Positions 20,172 to 30,188 of a stretch of DNA of 64,000 nucleotides are shown here, one piece after another. Position 1 is the stretch's first letter, and each line of letters opens with the position of its first letter. Source of the stretch: Rebecca billardiae RCC1528 (Eukaryota; Protista; Haptophyta); the NCBI GenBank assembly GCA_965240325.2, contig OZ251222.1:4526001-4590000 (forward strand), given 5' to 3'. Position numbers and translations under genes: made by a program. Below the pieces are notes generated by a model. That model was not told where the DNA came from. It worked only from the letters and a program-made list of their open reading frames with translations, and ran no database searches.

Positions 20172-22166
20172 CTAGGGCCGCCGTAAGGACATTGTGACGG
20201 CCGGCGGCCGAGCCGTGACCGTCGAGGCCGACCTGTCGACTGCAGAGGGCGCGCGCGCGGTGGCCGACGCGGCGCGCACGCTCGGCCCTGGGAACGCCTC
20301 GCACGATGGCGGCCGCGCGGGCATCGCCCAGGAATCATTGGACCCACCAGAAAGGCACAGCTGACACTGACACTGACAGCATGAGCAGTGCCGTTCGTGC
20401 TCCCGCCCAGGGAAGGGCGGCTCGGCGTCTTGCGCGCGCGCTCGCATCACCGACCTGTGGCGGTGGTGATGCGCAGGCGCTACGCCGCAGCCGTCGTCGT
20501 GCTCGGCGGCGGCGCTCAGATTCGCGGCACGCACGCAGAGGAGCATGGGCGCGTCGGCGATGCGCACAGCGTAGCGCGGCACGCTCGTGCCGGCCTGGTA
20601 GTGGTCCACGATGCCGGCGCAGCCGTTGAATTGCCGGCTCACCTGCAGCCCGCACAGCACGACCCGTGCGCCCTGCCGATGCGCACGGCTGTGCTGCTCA
20701 CGCTGCTCGCGCAGCATCGAGCGCGCCACCGCCGCCTCGGAAGACTCCTCGTCGTTGAAGAAGGTCTGCGTGGCCCACGTCGCCGCGCCGGGGAGCACGT
20801 CCAGAACGCCGCGCAGCTGCACCACGAGGAGCGGCACGGGCGGATCGGCGAACGCTCGCTTGAGCCGCTGCAGCTGTTTTTTGCAGGCGTGCTGCGACTT
20901 GGACTCGAGCGTGAGCTTGGACAGCTGCTGCGTGCCCACCGCGAGCCTGCGCGCGATGAGAAGCCGCACGCTCTGCTCAGGCGTCCAGCCCCGTTTCCCC
21001 CCCACGGAGTGCACACCGATGAGGGCAGCGACGCAGCGCAGACGATCCTCGTCCCTCGCATCTGCGCGCGCCACGGTGGGATCAGCCTCACGCAGCCAGC
21101 GCACACTCGACTGCAGGAAGTCCAGACCAGGGAGCTCGGTCGAGGTGGCGCAGCGCAGGCTCAGCAGCGTGGACGCCGCCGGGGGAACGAGTGCGCACGC
21201 CAGCCGCACGAGCAGCGGCACTGTCATCTCGGGGTGGTCCGTCGAGATCGTCACTGGCGTGGGCACCGGGTTGTCATTTGAGGCAGCCGTCGTGTTGTGC
21301 TGCTCCTCGCTCACGAAGGCGGCGCACGTGGCGCTCACCAACGCGCGCGCGGCGCTCGACACCGAGGAGGCAAGCTCGTCATCGGTCGCTGCAGCCTTCC
21401 GAGGCTTCGCGTCGTGCGCCGCGTGCTCGCCAGCGTCGGGGAGCGCCTCGCCGCCCGTGCTCGCCTGGGCCTCCGTGTGCGTGTGAGTTGGGGTGTCATC
21501 TCTGCCGTTGGCGTGCGCGCGGCAGGAGCCAGCCTCATGCTGCTGCGCGCCCGGCTGCGCCTGCAGGTACCGAAGGTGCTCCTCTGGCGTGAGCTCGCGC
21601 TCCCCCGTGGTCGCCAGCTCGAATTGCGCGGCGCGCAACTCGTGCACAGTGCCGTCGTCCGCGCGCACCTCGTACCACGGGAGGGAGCGCTGCTGTGCTC
21701 CGACCACCGCCGCCGGATGTGCTCCTGTCACCACCCCGCGCATCTCGTGATCGGCGTCGCCGGCGTGGATTCGCACCGTGCACCCAGGCAGCACGAGGCC
21801 CTGCCGAGAGAGCTGTAGCGGCGAGCTCGCCAGCGAGATCTGCCCGCACTCGGCGAGGACGGTGCTGCCGTCGGGTTTGAGCACCTCGTACGCAACGGAG
21901 GGAGACTGCTGTCGGTTGCTGTCCACTGCTCGCAGCACGGTGCATGGTGCGAGGCTGGAGCGGCGCGTCTTGTCGCGCATGACGATCTGCGCGCCACTAA
22001 CCGCTCCCGGCACCACGCCCCAGCACATGCCGTCGCGTTGGAGGTGCTGCGTGAAGGCGCTGCGCACCAGGAGGTTCTCGATGCACTCACAGATCTGAGT
22101 CCGCCTCGGCGTCCACGAGCGCTCCGACGTGATGCATGGCGTGAGCTGAGTCGCCATCGTAAGCAT
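20172..22166 (-). CDS. Hypothetical protein with several SH3/Tudor-like beta-barrel segments
   Basis: 664-aa ORF. LPGCTVRIH..MRGVVTG..PWYEVRADDGTVHELRAAQFEL and GARVVLCGL..FNGCAGIV..RYAVRI..VRAANL resemble SH3-fold barrels. The 3' end may be spliced. Confidence 0.6.
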   Translation of the reverse strand: MLTMATQLTPCITSERSWTPRRTQICECIENLLVRSAFTQHLQRDGMCWGVVPGAVSGAQIVMRDKTRRSSLAPCTVLRAVDSNRQQSPSVAYEVLKPDGSTVLAECGQISLASSPLQLSRQGLVLPGCTVRIHAGDADHEMRGVVTGAHPAAVVGAQQRSLPWYEVRADDGTVHELRAAQFELATTGERELTPEEHLRYLQAQPGAQQHEAGSCRAHANGRDDTPTHTHTEAQASTGGEALPDAGEHAAHDAKPRKAAATDDELASSVSSAARALVSATCAAFVSEEQHNTTAASNDNPVPTPVTISTDHPEMTVPLLVRLACALVPPAASTLLSLRCATSTELPGLDFLQSSVRWLREADPTVARADARDEDRLRCVAALIGVHSVGGKRGWTPEQSVRLLIARRLAVGTQQLSKLTLESKSQHACKKQLQRLKRAFADPPVPLLVVQLRGVLDVLPGAATWATQTFFNDEESSEAAVARSMLREQREQHSRAHRQGARVVLCGLQVSRQFNGCAGIVDHYQAGTSVPRYAVRIADAPMLLCVRAANLSAAAEHDDGCGVAPAHHHRHRSVMRARAQDAEPPFPGREHERHCSCCQCQCQLCLSGGSNDSWAMPARPPSCEAFPGPSVRAASATARAPSAVDRSASTVTARPPAVTMSLRRP

Positions 22167-22847
22167 CGGTGCGCACGCGGCGCGGAGCGAGCTCCGGAGT
22201 CATGGGTGCGTGCGCCGGCACGGCGGTGCTCGGTCACTGTGGATCGCTTTGGATTGCTTTCGCGCGCGGACGGCGGTCCGGGCCCGGGCCGGGGCTCGCA
22301 CGACGCACGCGGTCCGTTGTTACCCGTCCGTTGTTCCCGACCCATTCTTGGCACGAGGGAAGCAGTGAGCTCGTGAGTTGGAAATTCCAGGGGCGTTCCC
22401 CGCACTGGTCATATGCCAAATCGAACCGCGTTCCTATTGAAATTGGCTTCCTCTATTTCAAGCGGATACATTTGATTACGGCCCGCGCCAGTCCGGTAGC
22501 AATGCCCCCCCCAGGGGGGGCATTGCTTTCGGGAGCGTGTGGCAGGATCCCGGGAACGCCCTCAGTGCCCCTTGGGCGCAACTCGATGACGCGCAAGGGC
22601 ACATCGCGCGGCGATGCGCGATTTTCTTTTTTCGCGCGATTTTCTTCCGGTCCGCCCGCTTTTGACTTGTCTAGGCCGCTAGGACTAAGATAAAGATACT
22701 GTGTGCACGTACGTTAAAACATAGTATAATATGTAAGCTATCGAGACAGCTGGGCAACGCAGGGCTCGGCGCGCACGCACACGGCCACACGTGCTTTGAG
22801 CGTTCACAGTTCACTGCGGTCCCGCCGCCCTCGCCCCGCCGCATCAA

Positions 22848-23954
22848 TCAACTCGCTCTCTCAGCGCGCGTGGTGTAGTCGATCTGACCCACAGTAACCA
22901 CTGGGAGCTCTTCATCAGGCGGGCGGAGCACCGGTGAGACGGACACTGGATCGTGCCCGTGGGCGTGAGCAGGCTGATGATGACCCACCTGCGGCTGCAT
23001 CGAGCCCGAGCAGGAGGCGGTGAATTCTTCGCCCACGACAATTGGTAGTAGCATTGGAGACACAGTCGACTCGACTTGTGGCCAGCCGCCTGTTGCATTG
23101 GCTGGCAGCGGAGCAATGCTGGGCCTTGCGCGCACAGCACGTGCAGGCCCATCGGCATCGCAGTGCTGCGCTCGGGGACGCTTGCTGGAGCCGATCTGGG
23201 TGAGCATCGAGCCAGGGCTCTTGGCCACGTGAACGCTGCTGTTGCCATGTGACAGCGGAAGCATGCCTGCCAGTTTGTGCTCTGCGCACCGGCTGCCGCG
23301 CGCATCACCCGGCATGCCGAATGCGGGCTTCTTCACACAGCCGGCCTCATCGCACTTGGGGCTCTTCACGTTGACCATGCCGGCTAGCTTGTGCGCGGCG
23401 CACCGGCTGGGCCGCGCATCACCCGGCATGCCGAATACGGGCTGCTTCACACAGCCGGCCTCATCGCACTTGCGGGTCATCACGTCGACCATGCCGGCCA
23501 GCTTGTGCGCGGCGCACCGGCTGCGCCGCGCACCGCCTGGCATGCCAAATACAGGCACCTTTGTGCAGCCGACCTCATCGCACTTGCGGCTCACCACGTT
23601 GACCATGCCGGCTAGCTTGTGCTCTGCGCACCGGCTGCTCCGCGCACCGCCCGGCATGCCAAATACAGGCACCTTTGTGCAGCCGGCCTCATCGCACTTG
23701 CGGCTCACCACGTTGACCATGCCGGCCAGCTTGTGCTCTGCGCACCGGCTGGCGCGCGCGTCGCCCGGCATGCCGAATGAAGGCACCTTTGTGCAGCCGA
23801 CCTCATCGCACTTGCGGCTCACCACGTTGACCATGCCGGCTAGCTTGTGCTCTGCGCACCGGCTACGCCGCGCATCAGCAGGCATGCCGAATGCTGGCAA
23901 CTTTGTGCAGCCGGCCTCATCACAGGTTCGGCTATGATGGACGTACGCAGCCAT
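22848..23954 (-). CDS. Second EsV-1-7 cysteine-rich repeat protein (6 repeats)
   Basis: Repeat KCDE(A/V)GCxxxPxFGMPGxARxSRCAxHKLAGMVxVxxx. KRPR follows the array; ATG at 23954. Confidence 0.88.
   Translation of the reverse strand: MAAYVHHSRTCDEAGCTKLPAFGMPADARRSRCAEHKLAGMVNVVSRKCDEVGCTKVPSFGMPGDARASRCAEHKLAGMVNVVSRKCDEAGCTKVPVFGMPGGARSSRCAEHKLAGMVNVVSRKCDEVGCTKVPVFGMPGGARRSRCAAHKLAGMVDVMTRKCDEAGCVKQPVFGMPGDARPSRCAAHKLAGMVNVKSPKCDEAGCVKKPAFGMPGDARGSRCAEHKLAGMLPLSHGNSSVHVAKSPGSMLTQIGSSKRPRAQHCDADGPARAVRARPSIAPLPANATGGWPQVESTVSPMLLPIVVGEEFTASCSGSMQPQVGHHQPAHAHGHDPVSVSPVLRPPDEELPVVTVGQIDYTTRAERAS
23262..23927 (-). repeat. Coding minisatellite, 114-bp unit x 6
   Basis: Same unit length and core as 18732-19926 but with array-specific diagnostic bases (CDE vs CDH). 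Confidence 0.95.
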
Positions 23955-24039
23955 GCTTGGGAAAACCGCAGATATGACTGTTTCAGCTTCGTCACCGCCG
24001 TGCGCTATTTTGAGAGCGCGCCTATGAAGGCAGCTGCTA

Positions 24040-26803
24040 CAGGCGCAATCGCGGGCAATAAGAAGTCAGAGATCTCACGGCTAGTCTCGGTTTCTTATCA
24101 TAGCCGTTCGGTAGCCCGAGCGCCTACGGAGTCTCAGTTTCGGTTAGCTAGGTCCGCCCGCCGCGCAGGCGCGGGGGGCGCAGGGGGGGCTGAGTCCCCC
24201 GCTGAGTCTTTAGGCCAATTAGGCCCGGCCGGCGAGGCCGAATAAAACTGTTGGGCCATTAATTGGAGCAAATTTGGCATGATCTTGCATGGATGCTGCG
24301 GCGCACTGGCCAGGAGTCAGTCATCAGGAGAAGTCGGGACTTGGCCTGTACTTACTCGTAGTCGGCGGGCCGCGCGCCGCGTCCCACGGCGGCAAGTGCG
24401 CCTCGGCGGACCACTCGTGTCTCGTCAGCCGCGACGACATACTCACATAGCTAGTCCTGGCGGTTTCTTAGTGTGACTATGCGTATATATATATATAGCG
24501 CCTATTAGGCTAAATCACTATAGCGAACCAGCCTAAATCGCTAGTCTCAGTTTCTAGGCCAGATCCGCAGATAGCAGCAAGCCCCAGTTTATGGCCCGCG
24601 GTGCAGGGCGGAGCGCGTAGCGTGGAGCCCCGCCGGGGGCCCTCACTACGTTGTCAAAAAGCAGATCTTTTGATCAAAGAAAAGGGGACGGGGGACGATT
24701 TTGAGGGCTGTTGGAGGGTGAGTTTTCGCTTTTTCGAGGGGTACATTCGCCCATTGCTCTGCATTAGCAAGACGCGATTGACGAAATAGCCGCGCCCGGG
24801 CCATTTCGCATATGTCGATGGACGGACGTGCATTTGTCAGTATATCTGGGTGAACGAATCTGCGATTTGTTGTAAATATTCATAGCATATTGCCAAATAG
24901 GACGAGGACCCAGCGCGTGCGCTGGAGGTCCTGGGCTCCTGGCAAAAAGTCTTCGTCAAGTACTCAACTTTACTAACGACGAACCTTTATTGCGCGCTGC
25001 CAAATTACTCAACTTTACACCTGAATGACCCCAGTGGGCGGAAATGGCCATATCTCCCGGAGATCGGGAGTACTCACACGTGTGAGTCATGTTTCGTCCT
25101 TTTTTCCGAGACGTTGATTGGTCAAACGCTCAGCATTCTATGTCCACAATTCCATATCGACACAACACAACTCCTACCAACCTGTGTACTAAAAACCTTG
25201 GGTTAGCTGCACAACGACCAATCAGCGCGCAGCGAGCGGAGAGACTCGAAAACCGAGAATCACTCACGCATTTACTATGATGTTTGCTCTTCGCCCATGC
25301 CAACTTTGCTATTGACAAAAACGCAGCGGCTTGGTTACGACCCATAGAAAGACGACCACCAATCAGCACACAGCAAACGAGACAACCTTCACTTTCGAGC
25401 GGGCGAAAGGAGCTTATTTGGCCTTCAACCCGCAGGCATATGCGTTCTGGCGCTGGCCTTCGTTCGGCGCCCGAGCATCATCGGTAGACGTGTGGCGTGC
25501 CGGCCCACGGTCCGCCGCCCTCGCCCTGCTCATCTTCATCGTCTCCTCATCCTCCTCGTCGTCCGCGCCGCCGCCGTGCGCCAGCGCCTCCGCCAGCGCG
25601 GCGCCGCGCAGGTGCTCGCGGAACAGCGCGACGGCGCCAGAGCGCGCCGGCCGGCGTGGCGCCGGCGGGCGGGCGCGCGGCGCTCAGCGCGGTGCCGAGC
25701 AGCCCGCCGAGCGCGCGCAGCTGCGCACCCGCCGGCAGCTCGAGCAGCGCCGCGTGGCACGCGCCCGCGCCGGCGGCGCCGAGCTCCGCGCACAGCACGG
25801 ACAGCCCTCGTGCCCACGCCGCCGCGCGCCCGCCCGCGCCCGCGGCGTGCAGCGCGCCGAGCGCGGCGCCGAGCGCGGCGCGCGCTGCGGACGTGTCGGC
25901 GGCGCACAGCGCACCCGCCGCCGCGCCCAGTGCACACGCGGCACACGCGAGCAGCTTGAGCACGCTCGCGCATGCCAACTGCGAGTGCGGAGGCGCTGGG
26001 CGCCGAGCTGGCGAAGCGCGGCGCCGAGCTCGACGCGCTGCGCGACGCGGAGACGGACGCGCTGGGCGCGCGTGGCGCCCTCGTCGCGACGCCCCGTGCA
26101 GCAGCTCGAGCAGCCAGCTGTGGAGTAGACGGCCGTCGAGGCGATCGGCGCCGGGCGCCAGCGCGCACGGGCTCAGCCCGTGCCGCTGGCTCGGGCCGCC
26201 GCAGCCGTCTTCGAGGCCGACGCGGCGGAGGAGGCGGCGGGCGAGCACGGCGGCGCGGTGGAGCAGGCGCGCACGCGCGGCGGCAGGCGCGACGCGCCGC
26301 TCGCCTCGTTCCACCCCGAGCTCCGCTCGGTCTCGGTGCGCGGCTGCCGGCAGCGCAGGCCGGGGCAGCACTGCGCGGCGCGCGCTCTCGCTCCGTCTGC
26401 CGGCACGAGGTGCGCCGGCTGAGTGAGCGACCAGCGGCCCGTCGTCGAGCGCATGGCGCCGCGCGAGCACGTCAAGCAGACTGTGCGCCCGCACGCGCGC
26501 ACGCGCTGGCCCGCGCCGCGCGGCGCCTATCGCCCTGCCTGCGCGCGCGCGCCGCCCCGCGGCGGCCGCTTCCCCGCGCGGCGGCCCGCCGGCGACAGTC
26601 CTCGGCCCGCCGGCCCGGTGGGCGGTAACTGAGTTGTGGCGGTGGCAGCTCCGAGGCAAACGAACTGTTACACGTCATGTCCGACTGAGACAGCAGCCGA
26701 CGGAGGGTGCACCGCGGGCCCCTAACTGCGTTGGTTCTACGGAAGGACCGCGGAACGCGGTCATCTTAACGTGACACGGCTCCTTATTGCCCGCGATGGC
26801 CTG
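24040..26803. mobile_element. MITE copy 2 (same family as 8791-9353), interrupted at 24591-26764
   Basis: 24040-24590 aligns to 8791-9316 and 26765-26803 aligns to 9317-9353. TA on both flanks. Confidence 0.9.
24591..26764 (+). mobile_element. Non-autonomous Helentron/Helitron2-like element, copy A, carrying host-like gene fragments
   Basis: GGCCCGCGGTGCA at 24593-24605 and its reverse complement at 26708-26720 (asymmetric inverted repeats). Terminal hairpin GACCGCG-GAA-CGCGGTC at 26746-26762. Inserted at a T-run of the MITE with no TSD. Confidence 0.8.
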
Positions 26804-26930
26804 TATTCAAAGGGCAACTCGGGACACTTTGGGCAGCAGCTCAGTCAGCGTACCTACTAAGCCTACTGTGGCTGCCTCGCGCGGGGTCAGGAGCGGCCCC
26901 GCCGCATCAACTCGTTCTGTATGGCGGCGC

Positions 26931-28502
26931 TCAGTGCTTGACGCGCTGGCCCTTGCGCGTCGAGTAGATCCGCACGACGCTCCCCTGCGCCAGCACCTCC
27001 TCCTTGCGCAGCTGGCGGCACGCGCGCGGCGCGTCGCGCGGCCGCCCCTCCGCGCGCACAAACTCGCCGCCCACCAGCTGGTACGGCGCGTGCAGCAGGA
27101 TCTCGAAGAGCTCGCCCACGGTCGAGCCCGGCCGGAGCAGCACCACGTCGCGGATCCGCGCCTCGCGCGCGCCCCCGGCGCACGCGCCGCGCGCGTGCGG
27201 GTGCGCGTCGGCGCCGCCGCCCTCGCGCAGCGCCGCCTCGCTGAGCGCGTACGGCCGCGCGCTGCACAGCTCGGCGACGGGGAAGACGACCGTGGGCGGG
27301 CGCAGCCAGAAGGCGCGCTGCAGGGTGGCCTGCACGCCGCCGCCGCGCAGCAGCGGCGGGTGCGGCGCGCGCGCGGCGGGCCGGCTGCTCGGGCCGAGCG
27401 CGCGCTCGAGCGCCGCCGCCGCCGCGTCGTCCGCCGGCCGCAGCTCGCAGCCGCACGCGCGCGCCAGCCGCAGCGCGCGCGCGTCCGCTCGGCCGAAGCC
27501 GCCGCCGGGCGGCGCGTCCGCGTCTGCGGGCGGCGCGCGCACGTCGAGGCGCGCGTCGGCGGGCACGCCCCGCTCCTCCGCCAGCGCGCCGCCCTCGCCC
27601 ACCTCCGCCCCCGGCCGCGCGCGCGCCACCAGCCCCGCCGCCTCCAGCCTCTGCAGCTCGCACTCGCACAGCGCGCTCGCCGGCACGACGGCGGCCGCGA
27701 GCGCGGCGCCGCCCGCCGCGCGCAGCTCGGCGCGCGCCGCCTCGATGTGCGAGGCGGCGGAGGGCGTGTCGGCCTTGTTGGCGCACAGCACGGTGGGGAA
27801 GCGCAGCGCGAGGTACGCCTCGACCAGCGCCGCCACGTGCTCCGCGCGCCACGCGCCCACCTCGGACAGCGGCGGCACGCTGCCGCCGCACGCCCGCAGC
27901 GCGCGCGCCGCCAGCTCGGGCGCGGACTGGTAGCCCGAGAAGAGCTCAAACAAGCGCCGCTCGGGGCGGCGGAGGACGGAGGCCCACTTGGCGGCGACGT
28001 TGTCGTAGACCCAGCGCGAGAGCTCGGCGTGCACCCACGCCGCGTCCTCGCGCAGACCGGTCGCACACCCGCCCCCCGCGCCCCCCGCCGCCTCGGCCGC
28101 CGCCGCCGCCCCGGCCTCCTCGGCCGCCGCCGCCACGACCACGTTGCCGCCCGCGTCCGCCGTGCCCGACGCGTCCGCAACGTGCACCAACACGTCAGCG
28201 TCGCACAGGTCGTTGAGGAAGCGATTGCCGCGGCCGCGGCCCTCGCACGCGCCCGGGACGAGGCCGGCGACGTCCTTGAGCACCACGGGCACGGGCACGC
28301 CCCCCGCCTCGCCCCCCGCCTCCGCCAGCGGCGCGCCCAGCCAGACGAGCGCCACGCCCGTGTTGGGCTCAATCGTCGTGAACGGGAAGGCGCCGACGCG
28401 CGCGGCCGCGCCCGCGGTCGCCGCGTTGAAGAAGGTGGACTTGCCCGCGGAGGGCTTGCCCACCAGGCCGATGGTGAAGCGCCAGCGCCCGCCGCGCGAG
28501 GG

Positions 28503-28533
<31 letters not shown>

Positions 28534-30044
28534 TCCGCGTCCGCCGCCGCGAGCTGCGCGAGCAACGCCTGCGGCAGCGCGCCGCCCGCCACCGGCTCGC
28601 GCCGCGGCGGCGGGCCGAGCCAAGGGTGTCCTTGGCCGAGCACTCCGGCAGCGTCCGCGCCCGCGCGCGCGGCGGCGTCGTCGCCGTCCGCGTCGCCGTC
28701 GTCGGCGGCGCCGCCGGCCGGACGCCGAGCGTCGCCCCCGCCCTCCGCCTCCGCCTCGCCGCCGAGCTCGCCGCCGCCGCCGAGCGCGCTCGTCAGCCAC
28801 TCGCGCGCGGCCGTCACGACCTCGAACAGAGCGGGCGCGCCGGCCGCGGCCGCGGCGGCGCTGTCAAGGTGCGCGTGCAGCGCGGCCGCGGCGCGCGGCG
28901 GCAGCGGCTCGAGCTCGAGCTCGGCGTCGTCGTCCTCGTCGCACAGCCGCGCGCAGCGCTCGAGCGAGGCCTGCTCCGGGTACCCCTCCGGGATCGTGAT
29001 CGCCAGCATCTGCCGATGCAAGCCGCCCCCGCCGCCGCCGCCGCCGCCGTCCGCGCCCGGCCGCGCGCCCAGCACATCGCTCAGGTCGAGTCGCACGCGC
29101 ACGCGCGCGGGCTGCGCCTCGTCCTCGAGCAGCTCGTCCATCAGGATGGCGCGCATCGCCTCGAGCTCGGCGCGCGCCTCCTCGCCCAGCTCGGCGGCGG
29201 GGGCGGGGGCGGGAGCGGGGGCGGGGGCGGGGGCGGGAGCGGCCTTGGCGGCGGGCTTGCGAACGCCCGGCGGCGCGGCGGCCGCGCTGGCAGCGCGCGC
29301 GCCGGCCGCGGCCGCCGGCGGCAGCGGCTGCGGCGCGGGCGACGGAGCGGGCGCAGCTCTCGGCGGCGCCGCCGGTGGCGCCGGCCAGCCCATCGCCCGC
29401 CCGACAAACCCGCCGAGCACGCGCGCAAACGCCGCGCCGGTGGGCACGGCGTGGCCGCCGTCGTGCTCGTGCACGCAGGGCGCGCGGCACCACTTCGTGT
29501 TGGAGCGCGAGGCGGCGCACGGCACGACGCTGTCCGCGCGGCCGAGCACGTGGAGCGAGGGCAGCGCGAGCGAAAGGCCGTCGCGCGCGCACGCCGGCGC
29601 CGAGCACAGCACCACGAAGCGCACGCCGTGCGCGGCTGCCCAGCCGCCCGCGCACAGCCGCGCGGCCGCGTCGCACCCCTGCGAGAAGCACAGCAGCCCG
29701 TCGATCGGGCCGCCCGCCGAGCGCGCGGCGCGGGTGATGGCGTCGAGCGAGGCGGCCCAGCCGTCGTCGTCCGGGGTGTCGCTCGCCTCGTCGACCCAGG
29801 AGCACGCCATCCCGCGCTCGCCGAGCTCGGCCGCCGCATCCTCGACCCAGCTCGCGCGCGCCGCATGCGGCCCGCTCGCAAAGACGGCGCGCAGCTGAGG
29901 CAGCTGGCGCAGGAGCGGCGCGAGCTTCTTCTCGAAGAGGAGGCCGTTACTCGTGTACCCGTGCAGGCACAGGACGCGCGCGATGGCTGCGGGCTCTGCC
30001 TGCACGTCCGCGCGGCCCGTCTGCGCGCGTGGACGCCGCCCCAT
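26931..30044 (-). CDS. Fusion protein: FSH1-type serine hydrolase + RWD + Obg-family GTPase (Ygr210/YchF-like) + TGS-like C-terminus
   Basis: VLCLHGY..CFSQG..SLHVLGRADSVV..HDGGHAVP; ELEAMRAI..IPEGYPE..LFEVV; GLVGKPSAGKST, FPFTTIEPN, DVAGLVPGA..GRGNRFL, NKAD; RDVVLLRPGSTV. One uninterrupted 1037-codon frame from ATG 30044. Confidence 0.85.
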
Positions 30045-30188
30045 CGTGTGAATCACGGGGCACCAGTGCACCACGCGCAAGTCCGCAGCGGGGCTGGGAT
30101 GACGGGTGGCCAAGCCGGGAAGTCGGCAGTGACCAGTCGGCGGCCATTCCCCTCGATCGAGAGCGCCGCGCGCAGTCGTTGGGCCGCG

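Noticed and set aside
12803-26803. Intact transposase, Fanzor/TnpB, reverse transcriptase or viral hallmark gene in the island
   Set aside because: No DDE, RuvC, HUH, RT, capsid or polB motifs were recognisable in any frame. EsV-1-7 repeats alone do not demonstrate an endogenous virus.
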